Assembly (NCBI GenBank): GCA_964247445.1
Contig: CAXTUV010000001.1
Location: forward strand, 1 to 42,754
Origin: an uncultured Acidobacteriaceae bacterium
GTDB taxonomy: Bacteria; Acidobacteriota; Terriglobia; Terriglobales; Acidobacteriaceae
Direction: 5' to 3'
Length of the DNA: 42,754 nt
How positions within the stretch are numbered: the stretch's first letter is position 1; each line of letters opens with the position of its first letter. The translations under genes and the position numbers were made by a program. Shown here one piece after another: positions 27,222-34,709 of the stretch. Under the pieces are notes generated by a model. That model was not told where the DNA came from, did not search any database, and saw only the letters and a program-made list of their open reading frames with translations.

Positions 27222-27617
27222 CTACTGCTTGGGCGGCACCACGGCCTCCTTAGCAGTCTTCGAGAGCCGGAACTTGACGGTCGTCTTGGCCGGGATCTGG
27301 ATCGGCTCACCCGTGGCCGGGTTGCGGCCTAAGCGGCCCGCCCGCTCGGCCCGGACCAGCTTGCCCAGGCCCGGCACCGTGAACTCGCCCGCTTCCCGGG
27401 TCTGCGCGGTTGCGGTTTCGGCCAGCAAATCCAGAAATACGCCGACCTGCTTGGGAGCTATTTCCATGCGCTCGGCGAGCAAGCGGATCAGCTGCCCCTT
27501 GGTCATCTTCGGCGCGGCCGGAGCTTGCTCAACCTTGGAAGCCCTGCCCGGAGCCGCCTTCTTTGCTCCGGCCTTCGTCGGAGCTGCCTCTTTTGCTGCC
27601 GTTTTCTTTGCTGCCAT
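27222..27617 (-). CDS. HU-family DNA-binding protein with Lys/Ala-rich N-terminal extension
   Basis: MTKGQLI, FTVPGLGKL, R.GRNPATGEPIQIPAK and VKFR. Preceded by AAKKTAAKEAAPTKAGAKKAAP. Confidence 0.92.
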   Translation of the reverse strand: MAAKKTAAKEAAPTKAGAKKAAPGRASKVEQAPAAPKMTKGQLIRLLAERMEIAPKQVGVFLDLLAETATAQTREAGEFTVPGLGKLVRAERAGRLGRNPATGEPIQIPAKTTVKFRLSKTAKEAVVPPKQ

Positions 27618-27740
27618 CCAATCCCCCGTTCTCCCGCCGCTGCTCTGTCCCTCATACGCCGTCGCGCGGCTAAGAACACTCAGCATAGCCGCCCGCATGC
27701 GTAGGCAGTCGGCTTGCCTTCGGCGCGGGAAGCCGCGCTC

Positions 27741-27932
27741 TTAATCAGGTCCGCAGCTGTGCTGCTGCAAGCTGCGGCTCAGCTCGTTGACCAGCACCGT
27801 GGCGGCAGCCCGCTCGGCGGCCAGCTGCCTGCGCGCCGCCGGGTCTGCCGCAGAGCGTCCGTACAGCCGTGCTTCGGCTTGCATGGCACGCGCACGCTCC
27901 TCGTTCAGGGCTCGGCACACCGGGCAGGGCAT
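27741..27932 (-). CDS. Small CxxC...HxC helical-hairpin hypothetical protein
   Basis: MPCPVC, a helical Ala/Arg-rich middle and QQHSC at the end. Confidence 0.55.
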   Translation of the reverse strand: MPCPVCRALNEERARAMQAEARLYGRSAADPAARRQLAAERAAATVLVNELSRSLQQHSCGPD

Positions 27933-27951
27933 GCCGCAGTGTAGCTTCCCG

Positions 27952-28227
27952 TCAGTGCGCCTGCCCGAGGGCGAAGCGAAGCATCCTGCCGACCGCCCAG
28001 AGCCGGGACGGCGGGGCTTGCGCCGGTTCTTCACGAACAGCTGCCCGGGCCAGCTCCGGCGCGGCACCCATCAAACCGGAGCGGGCCAGGGCCGCTTCGT
28101 CCCGGCAGACAGGCGACGGGCAGATCCCGTGACACAGCAAGGCCGCGGGCAGGCGCTCGTTGCAGGCCGCGCACGGCTGGAGGCGCGGGCCGAATCCCAA
28201 GCGGAAGCGCAGGGCTCGTGTGCTCAT
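27952..28227 (-). CDS. Small Cys-rich hypothetical protein
   Basis: CAAC...CHGICPSPVC; co-oriented with the neighbouring small ORF. Confidence 0.45.
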   Translation of the reverse strand: MSTRALRFRLGFGPRLQPCAACNERLPAALLCHGICPSPVCRDEAALARSGLMGAAPELARAAVREEPAQAPPSRLWAVGRMLRFALGQAH

Positions 28228-28325
28228 CAAAGCTACCTTGGCAAGCCCGCAGCTGGCCGTCAACGGTACCGAAGTACCCGGAACTGTTTCCATGCGCTCT
28301 CGGCGGCCCTAAGCTCAGGGGGGAG

Positions 28326-28754
28326 ATGGAAACAACAAGGGAAACCAATGCCCGGCGTCAGCGCGAGTTCCGCGCCCGCATCCGGGCCAGGATAGCGGCC
28401 GACCCAGCCCTCAAGCTCTGCCCGCATTGCGGCGGCCCGCATCCAGGCGGCGCGTCCCGCTCCTGCCCGGCCTGCCGTGAACGGGCGCGCACGGCTGCCA
28501 GGCGCAAAAGCGCGGCCGGGCTATGCCCGGACTGCGGACGGCCCAAAACGGACGGTACGAAGCTGTGCTGCGCCGCCTGCCGGGCCAAACGGACCCAAAC
28601 GACGGCAAGGGTGAAGGCTGCAAACAAGGCGGCCGGGCTGTGCGCATGCGGTAGATCTCTCGATCCCGGCTGCGCATCCGTGCGCTGCGCCTACTGCCGC
28701 GCCTACCACAAGCAGCGCAAGCAGAACCAAAACAGCAGGCAGTTGAAAGCTTGA
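28326..28754 (+). CDS. Basic protein with three tandem zinc-ribbon repeats
   Basis: KLCPHCG..CPAC, GLCPDCG..CCAAC and GLCACG..CAYC, separated by Arg/Lys-rich helices. GGGAG RBS. Confidence 0.7.
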   Translation: METTRETNARRQREFRARIRARIAADPALKLCPHCGGPHPGGASRSCPACRERARTAARRKSAAGLCPDCGRPKTDGTKLCCAACRAKRTQTTARVKAANKAAGLCACGRSLDPGCASVRCAYCRAYHKQRKQNQNSRQLKA

Positions 28755-29020
28755 TTTCGGGACGGCTTATGCGTGTCTCTGCCGCTGTTTTCTTAATGAG
28801 AACAAGCTGACCAGAAGCTCTCTCAAAAATGTTCGTTTTTGCAAGAGCTACCTTCACGGCGAGAATAGCGCCTGAATGCGGACCAAACCGGTGCGCCATC
28901 ACATCGACCAGTTCTCCGGCAACCCGTTGTTCATGGGACGGTTGAAGCCTCAAGCAAGCCCTTCTCCTGAGTCGGATAAGGGACAGAAGCCCTGCCTGGC
29001 TGTGCATCACGCTGTAATGG

Positions 29021-29413
29021 ATGGAAAGCCGTGTCGATCCAGGACAGGAACCGCTTTGGGCTGAAGTTGCGCAGGGCGAGCCGGATGAGCAGGCTCGGGA
29101 GCACTTCCTCGCCTTGTCCGCCCTTTACGACTGTTGGCGCACCACGGTTGAGGAACGGATGCGGCTTGCGGCGGCGCTTCAGGCCTGCCGTCTGCTCGAC
29201 CCCTGTTACCTCGGCAGCCCCGCGAGGCCACATCACCGGGCCGCCCGTGTGAAAAGGGAACTGACACGTATTGCGGCGGCGGTGGAGGCTCCCCATTGCG
29301 GGCTTCATGCCGGGAGCCGGGCCAAGCGCCGATGTTCGGTTTGCCGCGCCATGGTGCACCCGTCCGCCTGGCCGGAGCATGCCGAGCACTGCTTTCATGT
29401 GTGCACACCTTAA
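29021..29413 (+). CDS. Hypothetical protein with C-terminal Cys/His cluster
   Basis: Helical N-terminus, then CGLH...CSVC...HAEHCFHVC. Confidence 0.45.
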   Translation: MESRVDPGQEPLWAEVAQGEPDEQAREHFLALSALYDCWRTTVEERMRLAAALQACRLLDPCYLGSPARPHHRAARVKRELTRIAAAVEAPHCGLHAGSRAKRRCSVCRAMVHPSAWPEHAEHCFHVCTP

Positions 29414-29559
29414 GCCGCGAATCAGACAGACACAGGTCCTGCCCTGTTGGTTGAATCAATCTTGGGGGGTTGAACATGCACGTCCGGCAAGGCGGTGTAC
29501 AGGTTGCGCGGGCTGGAAAACAATGCGGCGAAGTCGCGGTCGCTTTTTCAAAAGCGAAC

Positions 29560-29751
29560 ATGATTAAAATACAAGTCACGCTGTTCCACGCGGAAGGAGC
29601 CTGCACACTTTTCGAGGGCCGGCCGGAGGAGTGCCCGCCGCTGCCGCGCCCGGGCGACCGCATCCTGCTCGCGGAGCATAGCGTGCAAGTGGAAGGGGTA
29701 CAGCACAGCTATCGCGAACCTGGCTTCGTGGAGGTTCAGCTGCTCGCTTAA
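29560..29751 (+). CDS. Small beta-rich hypothetical protein
   Basis: PLPRPGDRI...VQVEGVQHSY...VEVQL resembles a small beta-barrel pattern. Confidence 0.5.
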   Translation: MIKIQVTLFHAEGACTLFEGRPEECPPLPRPGDRILLAEHSVQVEGVQHSYREPGFVEVQLLA

Positions 29752-29776
29752 AAATAGTGATTTCTACAACGGAAAG

Positions 29777-30505
29777 CTAGCTCAAGACTTCCCGCGCATC
29801 GGGCAGAGCCCGGCTGTACAGCTCGGCATGGAGCTGCCGGGTGATTGGGTAGCAGTCGCAGGCTGCTGTTTCAAGGTCCTCCCGGCTCAGAATTCTCACG
29901 CGGCCCCGCTGGTACTCGATTAGCCCACTGCGCTGGAGCGTGCCCGCGACCACAGTCACCGTAGTGCGGCGCGCACCGAGCATTTCGGCCAGGAACTCCT
30001 GCGTCAGCGGCAGCACGTCCTCGCCCGTGCGGTCCGCCGCGGTCAGAAGCCAGCGCGCTAGCCGCTCCTCGGCTTCGTGCAGCCGGTTGCACCCCGCTGT
30101 CTGGCTGACGGCCAGCGTATGCTCCTGCACGAACTCGAGCAGGCGCGCCCGCACGTCCCCTCGCTCCTCAAAGGCTTGCTGGAGGTCCGCGAGGCGGATG
30201 CGGAGCGCGGCACCTTCAAGCTGCATGAAGCAGTCGGTGGACACGCGCGCCGGGCCGAGCAGGTGCACGGCTCCGACGACGCCCTCGCGTCCGATCAGCC
30301 CGACCTCAGCGATGCCGCCGTCGGGCATCGCGGTCACGACCGAGGCGATGCCCGAGGTTGGAAAGTAGGCATGGGTGAGCGGCTGCTGAGAGCGGTAAAG
30401 TATGGTGCGGACGGGCAGGGGTACGGCGGTAGAGCGTTCGGTGAGCCAGGCGCGGCTCTGGGGAGAAAGGGAAGACAAGAAGCGGTTTTCCTGCGGAGCG
30501 GGCAT
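29777..30505 (-). CDS. Crp/Fnr-family transcriptional regulator
   Basis: NRFLSSL, AYFPTSG, EVGLIGREG, CNRLH..EERLARWLL, LTQEFLAEMLGARRTTVT HTH and ACDCY. Confidence 0.93.
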   Translation of the reverse strand: MPAPQENRFLSSLSPQSRAWLTERSTAVPLPVRTILYRSQQPLTHAYFPTSGIASVVTAMPDGGIAEVGLIGREGVVGAVHLLGPARVSTDCFMQLEGAALRIRLADLQQAFEERGDVRARLLEFVQEHTLAVSQTAGCNRLHEAEERLARWLLTAADRTGEDVLPLTQEFLAEMLGARRTTVTVVAGTLQRSGLIEYQRGRVRILSREDLETAACDCYPITRQLHAELYSRALPDAREVLS

Positions 30506-30726
30506 GAGAGAGGTCCTTTGCTTCAGTTCGCAAAGGACCTCCGCTTGGGAAAAGCTCGGTGAAGGGTCGCGTCTCTGATCAGAGCGCCGGGGTTGTAAAC
30601 CCGCCGTAGTCACACCCTACCAACAGGCGGGCGCTTCTTGTGTACGGTATTGGGCAGAGCGGGCAAGTAAGCGCAAAATACCTTTTGAGAATCCGGGCTG
30701 GACCGCGCCCGTCAAATACCCGCACG

Positions 30727-31089
30727 ATGAAACCGCTTGTTCTCCAATACGGCCATGAAGCGCGCCTGCTCGACACTCGGGGCTGGGTGCTCGAAAGCGC
30801 GGGCTTCGCGGTGCGGAGCGCGGCCGACCGGGCGGAAGCGTGCCGGGTGCTCGCCGCCGAGCCGATCGCCGCCCTGATCCTCTGCCACACGCTTTCCTTC
30901 GCGGAGCGGGAGGAGATACTGGCCGCAGCGCACGCCCGCAAGCCTAGCCTCCGGAGTGTAATCCTCAATGCAAACGGCTCCGGGCACGCCGGCGACGGCT
31001 CGGACCTGGTGCTGCGCAACCTGGCCGGAGCCGGGGCACTGATCGGCGCGGTGCGCCAGGCGGCGCAGCAGGTCGTGCAGCCCGCCTAG
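30727..31089 (+). CDS. Atypical single-domain receiver (pseudo-response regulator)
   Basis: The REC (beta/alpha)5 pattern is recognisable (LL.TR..VLESAGFAV), but the acidic pair is replaced by YGH and the phospho-Asp position reads ILCHT. Confidence 0.7.
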   Translation: MKPLVLQYGHEARLLDTRGWVLESAGFAVRSAADRAEACRVLAAEPIAALILCHTLSFAEREEILAAAHARKPSLRSVILNANGSGHAGDGSDLVLRNLAGAGALIGAVRQAAQQVVQPA

Positions 31090-31303
31090 CTTTCGCGCCC
31101 CCACGTTTCCACCCGAGATTTCGGTAACGTGGAGCAGTCGGGGGTAAGCAGTCCGGTACATCCGCGCCCTCGGTCAAATGAAAGCAGCTCCGTCTCCAGC
31201 CGGAGCCGCGTCAGGAGCATCCCACGACATCGGGAAATCTTCTCCTGCTTGGAAGTGCCTTCCGGGCGTTCCTTTCAGGGCGGCGAAGCCGGAAAGGGCG
31301 TTC

Positions 31304-31525
31304 ATGGAGGAATTTACTAGCTCCGCGGAGCTGCGGGCGCAGCTCGCGGGCGCGCTGGAAGCGTTGCGCGGGGCCGCGACTCCGCTCGAAGCGCTCGGCT
31401 ACCTTGTTTACCTGACCGGCGAAAGTGCGGAAGAGCCCGAGGAAGTTCGCAAGTACATCGATCTTGCGGAAGAGCAGCTGGCAGTACTGCGCCGGATACT
31501 CGGCCCGGCTTTCAACCTTGCTTAA
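31304..31525 (+). CDS. Stand-alone HisKA/DHp-like helical hairpin lacking the phospho-His
   Basis: RGAATPLEALGYLVYL...VRKYIDLAEEQLAVL aligns with HEINNPLEAVTNLLYI...DHLELADRELARV of the local kinases. Confidence 0.65.
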   Translation: MEEFTSSAELRAQLAGALEALRGAATPLEALGYLVYLTGESAEEPEEVRKYIDLAEEQLAVLRRILGPAFNLA

Positions 31526-31718
31526 TTAGCTCATCCTGCCGATGGTCTTGGTTGCTGCTCCGCTGTCTGCAACGACCGAGTGTTGAAAACTCAGGGCTGA
31601 TCTTGGCGGGCCACATCCCGGAGGATGTTTTAGGTCAACGGCTTGCCGGGACAGGCAGGGTGGGCCTTCCAAGGAGAAGGGCCGCGGGCAAGGCAAGCGC
31701 CGGCTCCGCGCCGGACAT

Positions 31719-31964
31719 CTACTTCCCCTCCAGGTACGTTCCCTCTAGGTGCATTCCTTCCAGGAGCCGTTCGATTTGAGCGACGGTTCCCCGATGCAGG
31801 CGCTTGATCTTCTCCGTCAAGCGAGCCAACGCGAGTTCTTCCTCTTTCAAGAGCTGGCCCCACAGCGCACGGTTTTGCAGCCGCTCCCACATTTCGAGCT
31901 CTCCGGGGGAAAGATAGCGGGTCGGGTCGGCTTCGACATTTCCTTCACGATAGGGTGTCGCCAC
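31719..31964 (-). CDS. Small helical hypothetical protein
   Basis: GGAGG RBS with GTG start; amphipathic helical sequence. Confidence 0.5.
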   Translation of the reverse strand: MATPYREGNVEADPTRYLSPGELEMWERLQNRALWGQLLKEEELALARLTEKIKRLHRGTVAQIERLLEGMHLEGTYLEGK

Positions 31965-32129
31965 GATGGCCTCCTGCCCCACCACCCTACCCCATCCGGC
32001 ACGGAACATAAAAGGGGTTATGTGTAGTCGGCACCATCGTAATCTTGGCAGAAGCGAGCGTTTTGTTTATTTCGTTTTTAGTGTCCAACCTTGTATAGGG
32101 GTGTACTGGCATCCGCCTGGAGGTTTCCC

Positions 32130-32597
32130 TTGGCTACCGCGACGATCGATACGCTTTCCATCTCGAACGAGCACGAAGACCGGCAGCAGATCGAGGACCT
32201 GCATCGACTGCTGCAACGTGAAGGACGGGCTCGGCTAGTCGGACCTGGAAACGAACCCGCAATCGAACTGCCGGAAGCGGTATACGCGCTGTTGCTGAAG
32301 ATTCTCGACGATATACGGCACGGGAACGCCATTTCGCTTGTGCCGGTGACTCAGGACCTGACCACCCAAGAAGCAGCCGAGCTGCTCGGCGTTTCCCGCC
32401 CCTATTTCGTGAAGCTGCTCGAAGCCGGCGAACTGATGTTCCACTCTACCGGAACGCATCGCCGCGTGTACCTCAAAGATTTGCTGGCCTATAAGGAGCA
32501 GCGCGACCGTGGCCGCCGCAGCGCACTCGACCAGATGGCAGCTGAAGCCGATGCTGCCGGGCTTTACGATCAGGTGTTGCTGCCTTCTGAATCGTGA
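32130..32597 (+). CDS. Excisionase-family HTH DNA-binding protein (putative antitoxin)
   Basis: IELPE, LTTQEAAELLGVSRPYFVKLLEAGEL, GTHRRV.LKDLLAYK and GLY. GGAGG RBS with TTG start. Confidence 0.88.
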   Translation: MATATIDTLSISNEHEDRQQIEDLHRLLQREGRARLVGPGNEPAIELPEAVYALLLKILDDIRHGNAISLVPVTQDLTTQEAAELLGVSRPYFVKLLEAGELMFHSTGTHRRVYLKDLLAYKEQRDRGRRSALDQMAAEADAAGLYDQVLLPSES

Positions 32598-33160
32598 CCT
32601 CCGGCTACCAAGCGGTTCTCGACGCGTGTGTTCTCGTCAATGCGGCGCTCCGTGACACGCTGCTTCGTGTTGCGGAGCCACCGCGCCTTTATCTGCCTCG
32701 CTGGTCGGCTGCCATTATGGACGAGCTCACGAGAACGCTCGAAGGCAAGCTCGGCCTTTCTGAAGCGCAAACCGCGCATCTCGTCGGCCAGCTACGTGAG
32801 CACTTCGGGGATTGCTGGGTCGAAGGCTACGAGCCGCTTATCCCTGCGATGCGCAATCACCCGAAAGATCGCCACGTGCTCGCGGCTGCCGTGCGCACCG
32901 GCGCGCAAACCATCGTGATCTTCAACCTGCGCGATTTCAAGGCCGAAGCGCTTGCCCCTTGGGACGTAGAGGCGCAAAGCCCGGACCAGTTTCTGGTCCA
33001 TCAGTTCCATCTCAACCCGGCCGTGGTGTCAGCCAAGGTGCGCGAACAGGCCGAAGAGCGCGGCGGCCTGGAACGGCTGCTCGCAATTCATCAAAGAACG
33101 GTTCCCGGCTTTGCGGGATGGATCCGGCAGTACATCGAAAACGAAAGCGCTGAAAGATGA
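32594..33160 (+). CDS. PIN-domain (VapC-like) ribonuclease
   Basis: AVLDACVL, LRDTLL, PRWS..IMDE, HPKDRHVLAAAV, IV.FNLRDF and PDQFL. GTGA overlap with the upstream HTH gene. Confidence 0.9.
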   Translation: MTSGYQAVLDACVLVNAALRDTLLRVAEPPRLYLPRWSAAIMDELTRTLEGKLGLSEAQTAHLVGQLREHFGDCWVEGYEPLIPAMRNHPKDRHVLAAAVRTGAQTIVIFNLRDFKAEALAPWDVEAQSPDQFLVHQFHLNPAVVSAKVREQAEERGGLERLLAIHQRTVPGFAGWIRQYIENESAER

Positions 33161-33876
33161 GTTACTTCATTGCCGGTGTACTCATCCTGGGCCTCACCTT
33201 TCTTCTGCTTCGGAAAAGAGTCTCCGGCTCTGCATCGCCAAGGCGGCAGGCCTGGTCCGCGACTACTGTTCAGCAGGATGGCCGAAGTCCTCAAGCCGCG
33301 CACTCAGGTATCGCTCTTCCAGCAACAAGGGAAATGCTTGCCGAAGAGGAGTCCGCCATGCGGGAAACATTTGCTCTGCTCGAGAGCCGCATGAACGCCT
33401 CCGGAGTATTTGTGCCGGAAAAGATCTCCGTGCTCTTGAGTCTTCTGCGCACAGCTTCGCAACCCTTTTCTCGCGTCAACACGAGCGTCGCCTTCCAAGG
33501 CGACACCGTTTTGACCGTCGCTGAAAAGAAAGCTCTCAACTTGAACACACGGATGAGATACACCAGGGAATACCTCGCCTTCTTTCTTCCTGAAAGGCTA
33601 GCCGGCCTTGAGCCCAAGAGCTTACTGTCCGACATGCATCTGGCTGCTTTTCACGAAGTACGGAACAGAAGGGAGCTTGCAAAGCTCAAGCGTTCCGGCC
33701 TAATTCGGCGCGTGGGCATTCTTGCCTGCGACGACGGACGCGATTGCACCCAGGTCCGAAGCGTCCGGAGAACGTTTGCCCTCGATGAAGCGCCCGCCTT
33801 GCCGCTTCCTGGCTGCGATGCCCCGTATTGCCGGTGCCTTTATACGCCCATCGTGGACGCTGATCGCCGCAGATAA
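33157..33876 (+). CDS. Membrane-anchored hypothetical protein with C-terminal Cys motif
   Basis: N-terminal TM helix followed by RKR; C-terminal ACDDGRDC...PALPLPGCDAPYCRCLY. ATGA overlap with the PIN gene. Confidence 0.7.
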   Translation: MSYFIAGVLILGLTFLLLRKRVSGSASPRRQAWSATTVQQDGRSPQAAHSGIALPATREMLAEEESAMRETFALLESRMNASGVFVPEKISVLLSLLRTASQPFSRVNTSVAFQGDTVLTVAEKKALNLNTRMRYTREYLAFFLPERLAGLEPKSLLSDMHLAAFHEVRNRRELAKLKRSGLIRRVGILACDDGRDCTQVRSVRRTFALDEAPALPLPGCDAPYCRCLYTPIVDADRRR

Positions 33877-34072
33877 AGGACATTATCATGTGTAAAAGAG
33901 ATCAGGGCTTCGCCTTCCGAAGCGCGGCATCCGCTACTTGCCCGGCACTTTCCGGTCGTCGTGTGCGGCCGCTGGCTGTTTCAGCCTCTTTTCGCTGAAA
34001 TCAAAATATAAAAGAGGTCTATGTATTGCTCGGCAATACTTGGTTTATCAGGCAGAATCCGCCCGCTTGTTT

Positions 34073-34121
34073 CGTCGTCGCCGGATCGCCCGCCATGGTG
34101 TACAGGTACTCGGCCGTCACC
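34073..34121 (-). repeat. 49-bp copy of RHS core sequence (orphan rhs remnant)
   Basis: 46/49 identical to 35690-35738. Encodes VTAEYLYTMAGDPATT versus VTAEYLYTMAGELATT. Confidence 0.85.
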
Positions 34122-34136
34122 ACATAGATTAGGAGG

Positions 34137-34709
34137 CTAATCCGTTATCGCAAGAAATGTTCCTGGTAAAGTAAACTCTTCCAGCCCGAAGATAAGTTCT
34201 CCCGCGCGCGAGTTGTTTATGGCGACTTCAATTGAACAAGGGAACTCCGCGGTTGCGGATATTACAAGTCTTTGACTAAAATCCGGGCTGGAAAGACTTA
34301 TAGCTTTAGCTGATCTCAGCGCCCCTAGATCCCCATAACTGCTGCCTTCCGGATCGCGATATAAAAGTATTCTGCGTTTCGGCTTTAGCAAATCCGTCAG
34401 CCCTAATGCTTTTACAGTTTCAACGTAGTCGATTGCGCTCCATCTATCTGAACCGGTTTCGCGAGGTGGCCAAGCCGGTACACCTTGCTTGTCAAGCCAA
34501 TAGCCATCCGCCTCAAATGAATCCAGGTCGAGGTAGAAGGTTTCTTCGCCACTAACAAGATCAACCCCTTTAGCCACAATCTTGACATTTCCCTTGTCTG
34601 TTACAAAGGCCATGTCAGGGCAGAAGCTTTTACGCTTGAAGGGAAGCGCCGGAGCATGAATGATGTTGCTGAATGCCAGCCGATTGATGAGTGCTTCAGG
34701 ATCTTTCAT
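34137..34709 (-). CDS. Putative immunity protein for the RHS toxin
   Basis: TAATG stop/start overlap with the RHS gene and clearly lower GC than the RHS core. Confidence 0.7.
   Translation of the reverse strand: MKDPEALINRLAFSNIIHAPALPFKRKSFCPDMAFVTDKGNVKIVAKGVDLVSGEETFYLDLDSFEADGYWLDKQGVPAWPPRETGSDRWSAIDYVETVKALGLTDLLKPKRRILLYRDPEGSSYGDLGALRSAKAISLSSPDFSQRLVISATAEFPCSIEVAINNSRAGELIFGLEEFTLPGTFLAITD

Noticed and set aside
28411-29010. 199-aa minus-strand ORF
   Set aside because: It overlaps the zinc-ribbon gene in antisense and has no motif. A gene fragment in 28760-28930 cannot be excluded.
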